A stretch of DNA of 64,000 nucleotides, from positions 310,001-374,000 of the forward strand of contig JBHGNT010000026.1 in NCBI GenBank assembly GCA_043228905.1, in the 5' to 3' direction. Positions 36,201 to 51,200 of the stretch are shown here, piece by piece. Every line of letters begins with the position of its first letter. Position 1 is the first letter of the stretch. Both the position numbers and the translations under genes were made by a program. The notes under the pieces are model-generated. The model saw nothing but the letters and a program-made list of their open reading frames with translations, was not told where the DNA came from and did not search any database. The DNA is from Azolla caroliniana (taxonomy: Eukaryota; Plantae; Polypodiophyta).

Positions 36201-39200
36201 GAAACTCAGGTCGAGAGACATGAAGAAATTACCAAATTTGAGGAGTGAGGTTGGAAGAGCGCGTGAGTGAATTAAAATGTTCATACCTGGCTCGTGTGAT
36301 ATAGGATTTTTGTGTTCAAACATGCGAATCGAAGCTAACAACGCTAGCTATGATATGGAATTAAAAAATCAAGATTTTGAAACTCAGGTCAAGAGACATG
36401 ACGAAATTAGCAAATTTGAGGAGTGAGTTGAGAGGAGCCCTTGAGTAAATTAAAATGGTCATACATAGCGAGTGTGATATCGGATTTTTGTGTACAAACA
36501 TGCGAATCGAAGCTAACAACGCTAGCTATGATATGGAATTAAAAAATCAAGATTTTGAAACTCAGGTCGAGAGACATGACGAAATTACCAAATTTTAGGA
36601 GGGAGTTGAGAGGGACCCTTGAGTAAATTAAAATGGTCATACCTAGCGAGTGTGATATCGGATTTTTGTGTACAAACATGCGAATCGAAGCTAACAACGC
36701 TAGCTATGATATGGAATTAAAAAATCAAGATTTTGAAACTCAGGTCGAGAGACATGAAGAAATTACCAAATTTGAGGAGTGAGGTTGGAAGAGCGCGTGA
36801 GTGAATTAAAATGTTCATACCTGGCTCGTGTGATATCGGATTTTTGTGTTCAAACATTGGAATCGAAGCTAACAACGCTAGGTATGATATAGAGTTAAAA
36901 AATCAACATTTTGAAACTCAGGTCGAGAGACATGACGAAATTACCAAATTTGAGGAGTGAGTTAAGAAGAGCTATTAGGTAAATTAAAATGTTCATACCT
37001 AGCTCGTGTGATATCGGATTTTTGTGTTCAAACCTGTGAATCGAAGCTAACAACACTAGGTATGATATGGAATTACAAAATCAAGATTTTGAAACTCCAG
37101 GCGAGAGACATGACGAAATTACCAAATTTGAGGAGTGAGGTTGGAAGAGCGCGTGAGTGAATTAAAATGTTCATACCTGGCTCGTGTGATATCGGATTTT
37201 TGTGTTCAAACATGCGAATCGAAGCTAACAACGCTAGCTATGATATGGAATTAAAAAATCAAGATTTTGAAACTCAGGTCAAGAGACATGAAGAAATTAG
37301 CAAATTTGAGGAGTGAGTTGAGAGGAGCCCTTGAGTAAATTAAAATGGTCATACATAGCGAGTGTGATATCGGATTTTTGTGTACAAACATGCGAATCGA
37401 AGCTAACAACGCTAGCTATGATATGGAATTAAAAAATCAAGATTTTGAAACTCAGGTCGAGAGACATGACGAAATTACCAAATTTGAGGAGGGAGTTGAG
37501 AGGGACCCTTGAGTAAATTAAAATGGTCATACCTAGCGAGTGTGATATCGGATTTTTGTGTACAAACATGCGAATCGAAGCTAACAACGCTAGCTATGAT
37601 ATGGAATTAAAAAATCAAGATTTTGAAACTCAGGTCGAGAGACATGAAGAAATTACCAAATTTGAGGAGTGAGGTTGGAAGATCGCGTGAGTGAATTAAA
37701 ATGTTCATACCTGGCTCGTGTGATATCGGATTTTTGTGTTCAAACATGCGAATCGAAGCTAACAACGCTAGCTATGATATGGAATTGAAAATTGAAGATT
37801 TTGAAACTCAGGTCGAGAGACATGACGAAATTAGCAAATTTGAGGAGTGAGTTGAGAGGAGCCCTTGAGTAGATAAAAATGTTCATACCTAGCTCGTGTG
37901 ATATCGGATTTTTGTGTTCAAACATCCGAATCGAAGCTAACAACGCTAGCTATGATATGGAATTAAAAAATCAAGATTTTGAAACTAAGGTCGAGAGACA
38001 TGACGAAATTAGCAAATTTGAGGAGTGAGTTGAGAGGAGCCCTCGAGTAAATTAAAATGGTCATACCTAGCGAGTGTGATATCGGTTTTTTGTGTTCAAA
38101 CATGCGAATCGAAGCTAACAACGCTAGCTATGATATGGAATTAAAAAATCAAGATTTTGAAACTCAGGTCAAGAGACATGACGAAATTAGCAAATTTGAG
38201 GAGTGAGTTGAGAGGAGCCCTTGAGTAAATTAAAATGGTCATACATAGCGAGTGTGATATCGGATTTTTGTGTACAAACATGCGAATCGAAGCTAACAAC
38301 GCTAGCTATGATATGGAATTAAAAAATCAAGATTTTGAAACTCAGGTCGAGAGACATGACGAAATTACCAAATTTGAGGAGGGAGTTGAGAGGGACCCTT
38401 GAGTAAATTAAAATGGTCATACCTAGCGAGTGTGATATCGGATTTTTGTGTACAAACATGCGAATCGAAGCTAACAACGCTAGCTATGATATGGAATTAA
38501 AAAATCAAGATTTTGAAACTCAGGTCGAGAGACATGAAGAAATTACCAAATTTGAGGAGTGAGGTTGGAAGAGCGCGTGAGTGAATTAAAATGTTCATAC
38601 CTGGCTCGTGTGATATAGGATTTTTGTGTTCAAACATGCGAATCGAAGCTAACAACGCTAGCTATGATATGGAATTGAAAAATGAAGATTTTGAAACTCA
38701 GGTCGAGAGACATGACAAAATTAGCAAATTTGAGGAGTGAGTTGAGAGGAGCCCTTGAGTAGATAAAAATGTTCATACCTAGCTCGTGTGATATCGGATT
38801 TTTGTGTTCAAACATCCGAATCGAAGCTAACAACGCTAGCTATGATATGGAATTAAAAAATCAAGATTTTGAAACTAAGGTCGAGAGACATGACGAAATT
38901 AGCAAATTTGAGGAGTGAGTTGAGAGGAGCCCTCGAGTAAATTAAAATGGTCATACCTAGCGAGTGTGATATCGGATTTTTGTGTTCAAACATTGGAATC
39001 GAAGCTAACAACGCTAGGTATGATATAGAATTAAAAAATCAACATTTTGAAACTCAGGTCGAGAGACATGACGAAATTACCAAATTTGAGGAGTGAGTTA
39101 AGAAGAGCTATTAGGTAAATTATAATGTTCATACCTGGCTCGTGTGATATCGGATTTCTGTGTTCAAACATGCGAATCGAAGCTAATAACGCTAGCTATG

Positions 39201-42200
39201 ATATGGAATTAAAAAATCAATATTTTGAAACTCAGGTCGAGAGACATGACGAAATTAGCAAATTTGAGGAGTGAGTTGAGATGAGCCCTTGAGTAAATTA
39301 AAATGTTCATACCTAGCGAGTGTGATATCGGATTTTTGTGTACAAACATGCGAATCGAAGCTAACAACACTAGCTATGATATGGAATTAAAAAATCAAGA
39401 TTTTGAAACTCAGGTCGAGAGACATGACGAAATTACCAAATTTGAGGAGTGAGTTGAGAGGAGCCCTTGAGTAAATTTAAATGGTCATACCTAGAGATTG
39501 TGATATCGGATTTTTGTGTACAAACATGCGAATCGAAGCTAACAACGCTAGCTGTGATATGGAATTAAAAAATCAAAATATTGAAACTCAGGTCGACAGA
39601 CATGAAGAAATTACCAAATTTGAGGAGTGAGGTTAGAAGAGCGCGTGAGTGAATTAAAATGTTCATACCTGGCTCGTGTGATATCGGATTTTTGTGTACA
39701 AACATGCGAATCGAAGCTAACAACGCTAGCTATGATATGGAATTAAAAAATCAAGATTTTGAAACCCAGGTCGCGAGACATGACGAAATTACCAAATTTG
39801 AGGAGGGAGTTGAGAGGAGCCCTTGAGTAAATTAAAATGGTCATACCTAGCGAGTGTGATATCGGATTTTTGTGTACAAACATGTGAATCGAAGCTAACA
39901 ACGCTAGCTATGATATGGAATTGAAAAATCAAGATTTTGAAACTCAGGTGGAGAGACATGACGAAATTAGCAAATTTGAGGAGTGAGTTGAGAGGAGCCC
40001 TTGAGTAAATTAAAATGGTCATACCTAGCGAGTGTGATATCGCACTTTTGTGTACAAACATGCGAATCGAAGCTAACAACGCTAGCTATGATATGGAATT
40101 AAAAAATCAAGATTTTGAAACTAAGGTCGAGAGACATGACGAAATTACCAAATTTGAGGAGGGAGTTGAGAGGAGCCCTTGAGTAAATTAAAATGTTCAT
40201 ACCTGGCTCGTGTGATATCGGATTTCTGTGTTCAAACATGCGAATCGAAGCTAACAACGCTAGCTATGATATGGAATTAAAAAATCAAGATTTTGAAACT
40301 AAGGTCGAGAGACATGACGAAATTAGCAAATTTGAGGAGTGAGTTGAGAGGAGCCCTTGAGTAAATGAAAATGGTCATACCTAGCGAGTGTGATATCGGA
40401 TTTTTGTGTACAAACATGCGAATCGAAGCTAACAACGCTAGCTATGATATGGAATTAAAAAATCAATATTTTGAAACTCAGGTCGAGAGACATGACGAAA
40501 TTACCAAATTTGAGGAGTGAGTTGAGAGGAGCCCTTGAGTAAATTTAAATGGTCATACCTAGAGATTGTGATATCGGATTTTTGTGTACAAACATGCGAA
40601 TCGAAGCTAACAACGCTAGCTGTGATATGGAATTAAAAAATCAAAATATTGAAACTCAGGTCGACAGACATGAAGAAATTACCAAATTTGAGGATTGAGG
40701 TTAGAAGAGCGCGTGAGTGAATTAAAATGTTCATACCTGGCTCGTGTGATATCGGATTTTTGTGTTCAAACCTGCGAATCGAAGCTAACAACGCTAGCTA
40801 TGATATGGAATTACAAAATCAAGATTTTGAAACTCCAGGCGAGAGACATGACGAAATTACCAAATTTGAGGAGTGAGGTTGGAAGAGCGCGTGAGTGAAT
40901 TAAAATGTTCATACCTGGCTCGTGTGATATCGGATTTTTGTGTACAAACATGCGAATCGAAGCTAACAACGCTAGCTATGATATGGAATTAAAAAATCAA
41001 GATTTTGAAACCCAGGTCGCGAGACATGACGAAATTAGCAAATTTGAGGAGTGAGTTGAGAGGAGCCCTTGAGTAAATTAAAATGTTCATACCTGGCTCG
41101 TGTGATATCAGATTTTTGTGTTCAAACATGCGAATCGAAGCTAACAACGCTAGCTATGATATGGAATTAAAAAATCAAGATTTTGAAACTCAGGTCAAGA
41201 GACATGACGAAATTAGCAAATTTGAGGAGTGAGTTGAGAGGAGCCCTTGAGTAAATTAAAATGGTCATACATAGCGAGTGTGATATCGGATTTTTGTGTA
41301 CAAACATGCGAATCGAAGCTAACAACGCTAGCTATGATATGGAATTAAAAAATCAAGATTTTGAAACTCAGGTCGAGAGACATGACGAAATTACCAAATT
41401 TGAGGAGGGAGTTGAGAGGGACCCTTGAGTAAATTAAAATGGTCATACCTAGCGTGTGTGATATCGGATTTTTGTGTACAAACATGCGAATCGAAGCTAA
41501 CAACGCTAGCTATGATATGGAATTAAAAAATCAAGATTTTGAAACTCAGGTCGAGAGACATGAAGAAATTACCAAATTTGAGGAGTGAGGTTGGAAGAGC
41601 GCGTGAGTGAATTAAAATGTTCATACCTGGCTCGTGTGATATCGGATTTTTGTGTTCAAACATTGGAATCGAAGCTAACAACGCTAGGTATGATATAGAG
41701 TTAAAAAATCAACATTTTGAAACTCAGGTCGAGAGACATGACGAAATTACCAAATTTGAGGAGTGAGTTAAGAAGAGCTATTAGGTAAATTAAAATGTTC
41801 ATACCTAGCTCGTGTGATATCGGATTTTTGTGTTCAAACCTGTGAATCGAAGCTAACAACACTAGGTATGATATGGAATTACAAAATCAAGATTTTGAAA
41901 CTCCAGGCGAGAGACATGACGAAATTACCAAATTTGAGGAGTGAGGTTGGAAGAGCGCGTGAGTGAATTAAAATGTTCATACCTAGCTCGTGTGATATCG
42001 GATTTTTGTGTTCAAACATGCGAATCGAAGCTAACAACGCTAGCTATGATATGGAATTAAAAAATCAAGATTTTGAAACCCAGGTCGCGAGACATGACGA
42101 AATTAGCAAATTTGAGGAGTGAGTTGAGAGGAGCCCTTGAGTAAATTAAAATGTTCATACCTGGCTCGTGTGATATCAGATTTTTGTGTTCAAACATGCG

Positions 42201-45200
42201 AATCGAAGCTAACAACGCTAGCTATGATATGGAATTAAAAAATCAAGATTTTGAAACTCAGGTCAAGAGACATGACGAAATTAGCAAATTTGAGGAGTGA
42301 GTTGAGAGGAGCCCTTGAGTAAATTAAAATGGTCATACATAGCGAGTGTGATATCGGATTTTTGTGTACAAACATGCGAATCGAAGCTAACAACGCTAGC
42401 TATGATATGGAATTAAAAAATCAAGATTTTGAAACTCAGGTCGAGAGACATGACGAAATTACCAAATTTGAGGAGGGAGTTGAGAGGGACCCTTGAGTAA
42501 ATTAAAATGGTCATACCTAGCGTGTGTGATATCGGATTTTTGTGTACAAACATGCGAATCGAAGCTAACAACGCTAGCTATGATATGGAATTAAAAAATC
42601 AAGATTTTGAAACTCAGGTCGAGAGACATGAAGAAATTACCAAATTTGAGGAGTGAGGTTGGAAGAGCGCGTGAGTGAATTAAAATGTTCATACCTGGCT
42701 CGTGTGATATCGGATTTTTGTGTTCAAACATTGGAATCGAAGCTAACAACGCTAGGTATGATATAGAGTTAAAAAATCAACATTTTGAAACTCAGGTCGA
42801 GAGACATGACGAAATTACCAAATTTGAGGAGTGAGTTAAGAAGAGCTATTAGGTAAATTAAAATGTTCATACCTAGCTCGTGTGATATCGGATTTTTGTG
42901 TTCAAACCTGTGAATCGAAGCTAACAACACTAGGTATGATATGGAATTACAAAATCAAGATTTTGAAACTCCAGGCGAGAGACATGACGAAATTACCAAA
43001 TTTGAGGAGTGAGGTTGGAAGAGCGCGTGAGTGAATTAAAATGTTCATACCTAGCTCGTGTGATATCGGATTTTTGTGTTCAAACATGCGAATCGAAGCT
43101 AACAACGCTAGCTATGATATGGAATTAAAAAATCAAGATTTTGAAACTCAGGTCAAGAGACATGAAGAAATTAGCAAATTTGAGGAGTGAGTTGAGAGGA
43201 GCCCTTGAGTAAATTAAAATGGTCATACATAGCGAGTGTGATATCGGATTTTTGTGTACAAACATGCGAATCGAAGCTAACAACGCTAGCTATGATATGG
43301 AATTAAAAAATCAAGATTTTGAAACTCAGGTCGAGAGACATGACGAAATTACCAAATTTGAGGAGGGAGTTGAGAGGGACCCTTGAGTAAATTAAAATGG
43401 TCATACCTAGCGAGTGTGATATCGGATTTTTGTGTACAAACATGCGAATCGAAGCTAACAACGCTAGCTATGATATGGAATTAAAAAATCAAGATTTTGA
43501 AACTCAGGTCGAGAGACATGAAGAAATTACCAAATTTGAGGAGTGAGGTTGGAAGATCGCGTGAGTGAATTAAAATGTTCATACCTGGCTCGTGTGATAT
43601 CGGATTTTTGTGTTCAAACATGCGAATCGAAGCTAACAACGCTAGCTATGATATGGAATTGAAAATTGAAGATTTTGAAACTCAGGTCGAGAGACATGAC
43701 GAAATTAGCAAATTTGAGGAGTGAGTTGAGAGGAGCCCTTGAGTAGATAAAAATGTTCATACCTAGCTCGTGTGATATCGGATTTTTGTGTTCAAACATC
43801 CGAATCGAAGCTAACAACGCTAGCTATGATATGGAATTAAAAAATCAAGATTTTGAAACTAAGGTCGAGAGACATGACGAAATTAGCAAATTTGAGGAGT
43901 GAGTTGAGAGGAGCCCTCGAGTAAATTAAAATGGTCATACCTAGCGAGTGTGATATCGGTTTTTTGTGTTCAAACATGCGAATCGAAGCTAACAACGCTA
44001 GCTATGATATGGAATTAAAAAATCAAGATTTTGAAACTCAGGTCAAGAGACATGACGAAATTAGCAAATTTGAGGAGTGAGTTGAGAGGAGCCCTTGAGT
44101 AAATTAAAATGGTCATACATAGCGAGTGTGATATCGGATTTTTGTGTACAAACATGCGAATCGAAGCTAACAACGCTAGCTATGATATGGAATTAAAAAA
44201 TCAAGATTTTGAAACTCAGGTCGAGAGACATGACGAAATTACCAAATTTGAGGAGGGGGTTGAGAGGGACCCTTGAGTAAATTAAAATGGTCATACCTAG
44301 CGAGTGTGATATCGGATTTTTGTGTACAAACATGCGAATCGAAGCTAACAACGCTAGCTATGATATGGAATTAAAAAATCAAGATTTTGAAACTCAGGTC
44401 GAGAGACATGAAGAAATTACCAAATTTGAGGAGTGAGGTTGGAAGAGCGCGTGAGTGAATTAAAATGTTCATACCTGGCTCGTGTGATATAGGATTTTTG
44501 TGTTCAAACATGCGAATCGAAGCTAACAACGCTAGCTATGATATGGAATTAAAAAATCAAGATTTTGAAACTCAGGTCAAGAGACATGACGAAATTAGCA
44601 AATTTGAGGAGTGAGTTGAGAGGAGCCCTTGAGTAAATTAAAATGGTCATACATAGCGAGTGTGATATCGGATTTTTGTGTACAAACATGCGAATCGAAG
44701 CTAACAACGCTAGCTATGATATGGAATTAAAAAATCAAGATTTTGAAACTCAGGTCGAGAGACATGACGAAATTACCAAATTTGAGGAGGGAGTTGAGAG
44801 GGACCCTTGAGTAAATTAAAATGGTCATACCTAGCGAGTGTGATATCGGATTTTTGTGTACAAACATGCGAATCGAAGCTAACAACGCTAGCTATGATAT
44901 GGAATTAAAAAATCAAGATTTTGAAACTCAGGTCGAGAGACATGAAGAAATTACCAAATTTGAGGAGTGAGGTTGGAAGATCGCGTGAGTGAATTAAAAT
45001 GTTCATACCTGGCTCGTGTGATATCGGATTTTTGTGTTCAAACATTGGAATCGAAGCTAACAACGCTAGGTATGATATAGAGTTAAAAAATCAACATTTT
45101 GAAACTCAGGTCGAGAGACATGACGAAATTACCAAATTTGAGGAGTGAGTTAAGAAGAGCTATTAGGTAAATTAAAATGTTCATACCTAGCTCGTGTGAT

Positions 45201-48200
45201 ATCGGATTTTTGTGTTCAAACCTGTGAATCGAAGCTAACAACACTAGGTATGATATGGAATTACAAAATCAAGATTTTGAAACTCCAGGCGAGAGACATG
45301 ACGAAATTACCAAATTTGAGGAGTGAGGTTGGAAGAGCGCGTGAGTGAATTAAAATGTTCATACCTGGCTCGTGTGATATCGGATTTTTGTGTTCAAACA
45401 TGCGAATCGAAGCTAACAACGCTAGCTATGATATGGAATTAAAAAATCAAGATTTTGAAACTCAGGTCAAGAGACATGAAGAAATTAGCAAATTTGAGGA
45501 GTGAGTTGAGAGGAGCCCTTGAGTAAATTAAAATGGTCATACATAGCGAGTGTGATATCGGATTTTTGTGTACAAACATGCGAATCGAAGCTAACAACGC
45601 TAGCTATGATATGGAATTAAAAAATCAAGATTTTGAAACTCAGGTCGAGAGACATGACGAAATTACCAAATTTGAGGAGGGAGTTGAGAGGGACCCTTGA
45701 GTAAATTAAAATGGTCATACCTAGCGTGTGTGATATCGGATTTTTGTGTACAAACATGCGAATCGAAGCTAACAACGCTAGCTATGATATGGAATTAAAA
45801 AATCAAGATTTTGAAACTCAGGTCGAGAGACATGAAGAAATTACCAAATTTGAGGAGTGAGGTTGGAAGAGCGCGTGAGTGAATTAAAATGTTCATACCT
45901 GGCTCGTGTGATATCGGATTTTTGTGTTCAAACATTGGAATCGAAGCTAACAACGCTAGGTATGATATAGAGTTAAAAAATCAACATTTTGAAACTCAGG
46001 TCGAGAGACATGACGAAATTACCAAATTTGAGGAGTGAGTTAAGAAGAGCTATTAGGTAAATTAAAATGTTCATACCTAGCTCGTGTGATATCGGATTTT
46101 TGTGTTCAAACCTGTGAATCGAAGCTAACAACACTAGGTATGATATGGAATTACAAAATCAAGATTTTGAAACTCCAGGCGAGAGACATGACGAAATTAC
46201 CAAATTTGAGGAGTGAGGTTGGAAGAGCGCGTGAGTGAATTAAAATGTTCATACCTAGCTCGTGTGATATCGGATTTTTGTGTTCAAACATGCGAATCGA
46301 AGCTAACAACGCTAGCTATGATATGGAATTAAAAAATCAAGATTTTGAAACTCAGGTCAAGAGACATGAAGAAATTAGCAAATTTGAGGAGTGAGTTGAG
46401 AGGAGCCCTTGAGTAAATTAAAATGGTCATACATAGCGAGTGTGATATCGGATTTTTGTGTACAAACATGCGAATCGAAGCTAACAACGCTAGCTATGAT
46501 ATGGAATTAAAAAATCAAGATTTTGAAACTCAGGTCGAGAGACATGACGAAATTACCAAATTTGAGGAGGGAGTTGAGAGGGACCCTTGAGTAAATTAAA
46601 ATGGTCATACCTAGCGAGTGTGATATCGGATTTTTGTGTACAAACATGCGAATCGAAGCTAACAACGCTAGCTATGATATGGAATTAAAAAATCAAGATT
46701 TTGAAACTCAGGTCGAGAGACATGAAGAAATTACCAAATTTGAGGAGTGAGGTTGGAAGATCGCGTGAGTGAATTAAAATGTTCATACCTGGCTCGTGTG
46801 ATATCGGATTTTTGTGTTCAAACATGCGAATCGAAGCTAACAACGCTAGCTATGATATGGAATTGAAAATTGAAGATTTTGAAACTCAGGTCGAGAGACA
46901 TGACGAAATTAGCAAATTTGAGGAGTGAGTTGAGAGGAGCCCTTGAGTAGATAAAAATGTTCATACCTAGCTCGTGTGATATCGGATTTTTGTGTTCAAA
47001 CATCCGAATCGAAGCTAACAACGCTAGCTATGATATGGAATTAAAAAATCAAGATTTTGAAACTAAGGTCGAGAGACATGACGAAATTAGCAAATTTGAG
47101 GAGTGAGTTGAGAGGAGCCCTCGAGTAAATTAAAATGGTCATACCTAGCGAGTGTGATATCGGTTTTTTGTGTTCAAACATGCGAATCGAAGCTAACAAC
47201 GCTAGCTATGATATGGAATTAAAAAATCAAGATTTTGAAACTCAGGTCAAGAGACATGACGAAATTAGCAAATTTGAGGAGTGAGTTGAGAGGAGCCCTT
47301 GAGTAAATTAAAATGGTCATACATAGCGAGTGTGATATCGGATTTTTGTGTACAAACATGCGAATCGAAGCTAACAACGCTAGCTATGATATGGAATTAA
47401 AAAATCAAGATTTTGAAACTCAGGTCGAGAGACATGACGAAATTACCAAATTTGAGGAGGGGGTTGAGAGGGACCCTTGAGTAAATTAAAATGGTCATAC
47501 CTAGCGAGTGTGATATCGGATTTTTGTGTACAAACATGCGAATCGAAGCTAACAACGCTAGCTATGATATGGAATTAAAAAATCAAGATTTTGAAACTCA
47601 GGTCGAGAGACATGAAGAAATTACCAAATTTGAGGAGTGAGGTTGGAAGAGCGCGTGAGTGAATTAAAATGTTCATACCTGGCTCGTGTGATATAGGATT
47701 TTTGTGTTCAAACATGCGAATCGAAGCTAACAACGCTAGCTATGATATGGAATTAAAAAATCAAGATTTTGAAACTCAGGTCAAGAGACATGACGAAATT
47801 AGCAAATTTGAGGAGTGAGTTGAGAGGAGCCCTTGAGTAAATTAAAATGGTCATACATAGCGAGTGTGATATCGGATTTTTGTGTACAAACATGCGAATC
47901 GAAGCTAACAACGCTAGCTATGATATGGAATTAAAAAATCAAGATTTTGAAACTCAGGTCGAGAGACATGACGAAATTACCAAATTTGAGGAGGGAGTTG
48001 AGAGGGACCCTTGAGTAAATTAAAATGGTCATACCTAGCGAGTGTGATATCGGATTTTTGTGTACAAACATGCGAATCGAAGCTAACAACGCTAGCTATG
48101 ATATGGAATTAAAAAATCAAGATTTTGAAACTCAGGTCGAGAGACATGAAGAAATTACCAAATTTGAGGAGTGAGGTTGGAAGATCGCGTGAGTGAATTA

Positions 48201-51200
48201 AAATGTTCATACCTGGCTCGTGTGATATCGGATTTTTGTGTTCAAACATTGGAATCGAAGCTAACAACGCTAGGTATGATATAGAGTTAAAAAATCAACA
48301 TTTTGAAACTCAGGTCGAGAGACATGACGAAATTACCAAATTTGAGGAGTGAGTTAAGAAGAGCTATTAGGTAAATTAAAATGTTCATACCTAGCTCGTG
48401 TGATATCGGATTTTTGTGTTCAAACCTGTGAATCGAAGCTAACAACACTAGGTATGATATGGAATTACAAAATCAAGATTTTGAAACTCCAGGCGAGAGA
48501 CATGACGAAATTACCAAATTTGAGGAGTGAGGTTGGAAGAGCGCGTGAGTGAATTAAAATGTTCATACCTGGCTCGTGTGATATCGGATTTTTGTGTTCA
48601 AACATGCGAATCGAAGCTAACAACGCTAGCTATGATATGGAATTAAAAAATCAAGATTTTGAAACTCAGGTCAAGAGACATGAAGAAATTAGCAAATTTG
48701 AGGAGTGAGTTGAGAGGAGCCCTTGAGTAAATTAAAATGGTCATACATAGCGAGTGTGATATCGGATTTTTGTGTACAAACATGCGAATCGAAGCTAACA
48801 ACGCTAGCTATGATATGGAATTAAAAAATCAAGATTTTGAAACTCAGGTCGAGAGACATGACGAAATTACCAAATTTGAGGAGGGAGTTGAGAGGGACCC
48901 TTGAGTAAATTAAAATGGTCATACCTAGCGTGTGTGATATCGGATTTTTGTGTACAAACATGCGAATCGAAGCTAACAACGCTAGCTATGATATGGAATT
49001 AAAAAATCAAGATTTTGAAACTCAGGTCGAGAGACATGAAGAAATTACCAAATTTGAGGAGTGAGGTTGGAAGAGCGCGTGAGTGAATTAAAATGTTCAT
49101 ACCTGGCTCGTGTGATATCGGATTTTTGTGTTCAAACATTGGAATCGAAGCTAACAACGCTAGGTATGATATAGAGTTAAAAAATCAACATTTTGAAACT
49201 CAGGTCGAGAGACATGACGAAATTACCAAATTTGAGGAGTGAGTTAAGAAGAGCTATTAGGTAAATTAAAATGTTCATACCTAGCTCGTGTGATATCGGA
49301 TTTTTGTGTTCAAACCTGTGAATCGAAGCTAACAACACTAGGTATGATATGGAATTACAAAATCAAGATTTTGAAACTCCAGGCGAGAGACATGACGAAA
49401 TTACCAAATTTGAGGAGTGAGGTTGGAAGAGCGCGTGAGTGAATTAAAATGTTCATACCTAGCTCGTGTGATATCGGATTTTTGTGTTCAAACATGCGAA
49501 TCGAAGCTAACAACGCTAGCTATGATATGGAATTAAAAAATCAAGATTTTGAAACTCAGGTCAAGAGACATGAAGAAATTAGCAAATTTGAGGAGTGAGT
49601 TGAGAGGAGCCCTTGAGTAAATTAAAATGGTCATACATAGCGAGTGTGATATCGGATTTTTGTGTACAAACATGCGAATCGAAGCTAACAACGCTAGCTA
49701 TGATATGGAATTAAAAAATCAAGATTTTGAAACTAAGGTCGAGAGACATGACGAAATTAGCAAATTTGAGGAGTGAGTTGAGAGGAGCCCTCGAGTAAAT
49801 TAAAATGGTCATACCTAGCGAGTGTGATATCGGATTTTTGTGTACAAACATGCGAATCGAAGCTAACAACGCTAGCTGTGATATGGAATTAAAAAATCAA
49901 AATATTGAAACTCAGGTCAAGAGACATGACGAAATTAGCAAATTTGAGGAGTGAGTTGAGAGGAGCCCTTGAGTAAATTAAAATGGTCATACATAGCGAG
50001 TGTGATATCGGATTTTTGTGTACAAACATGCGAATCGAAGCTAACAACGCTAGCTATGATATGGAATTAAAAAATCAAGATTTTGAAACTCAGGTCGAGA
50101 GACATGACGAAATTACCAAATTTGAGGAGGGGGTTGAGAGGGACCCTTGAGTAAATTAAAATGGTCATACCTAGCGAGTGTGATATCGGATTTTTGTGTA
50201 CAAACATGCGAATCGAAGCTAACAACGCTAGCTATGATATGGAATTAAAAAATCAAGATTTTGAAACTCAGGTCGAGAGACATGAAGAAATTACCAAATT
50301 TGAGGAGTGAGGTTGGAAGAGCGCGTGAGTGAATTAAAATGTTCATACCTGGCTCGTGTGATATAGGATTTTTGTGTTCAAACATGCGAATCGAAGCTAA
50401 CAACGCTAGCTATGATATGGAATTAAAAAATCAAGATTTTGAAACTCAGGTCAAGAGACATGACGAAATTAGCAAATTTGAGGAGTGAGTTGAGAGGAGC
50501 CCTTGAGTAAATTAAAATGGTCATACATAGCGAGTGTGATATCGGATTTTTGTGTACAAACATGCGAATCGAAGCTAACAACGCTAGCTATGATATGGAA
50601 TTAAAAAATCAAGATTTTGAAACTCAGGTCGAGAGACATGACGAAATTACCAAATTTGAGGAGGGAGTTGAGAGGGACCCTTGAGTAAATTAAAATGGTC
50701 ATACCTAGCGAGTGTGATATCGGATTTTTGTGTACAAACATGCGAATCGAAGCTAACAACGCTAGCTATGATATGGAAATAAAAATCAAGATTTTGAAAC
50801 TCAGGTCGAGAGACATGAAGAAATTACCAAATTTGAGGAGTGAGGTTGGAAGAGCGCGTGAGTGAATTAAAATGTTCATACCTGGCTCGTGTGATATCGG
50901 ATTTTTGTGTTCAAACATGCGAATCGAAGCTAACAACGCTAGCTATGATATGGAATTGAAAATTGAAGATTTTGAAACTCAGGTCGAGAGACATGACGAA
51001 ATTAGCAAATTTGAGGAGTGAGTTGAGAGGAGCCCTTGAGTAGATAAAAATGTTCATACCTAGCTCGTGTGATATCGGATTTTTGTGTTCAAACATCCGA
51101 ATCGAAGCTAACAACGCTAGCTATGATATGGAATTAAAAAATCAAGATTTTGAAACTAAGGTCGAGAGACATGACGAAATTAGCAAATTTGAGGAGTGAG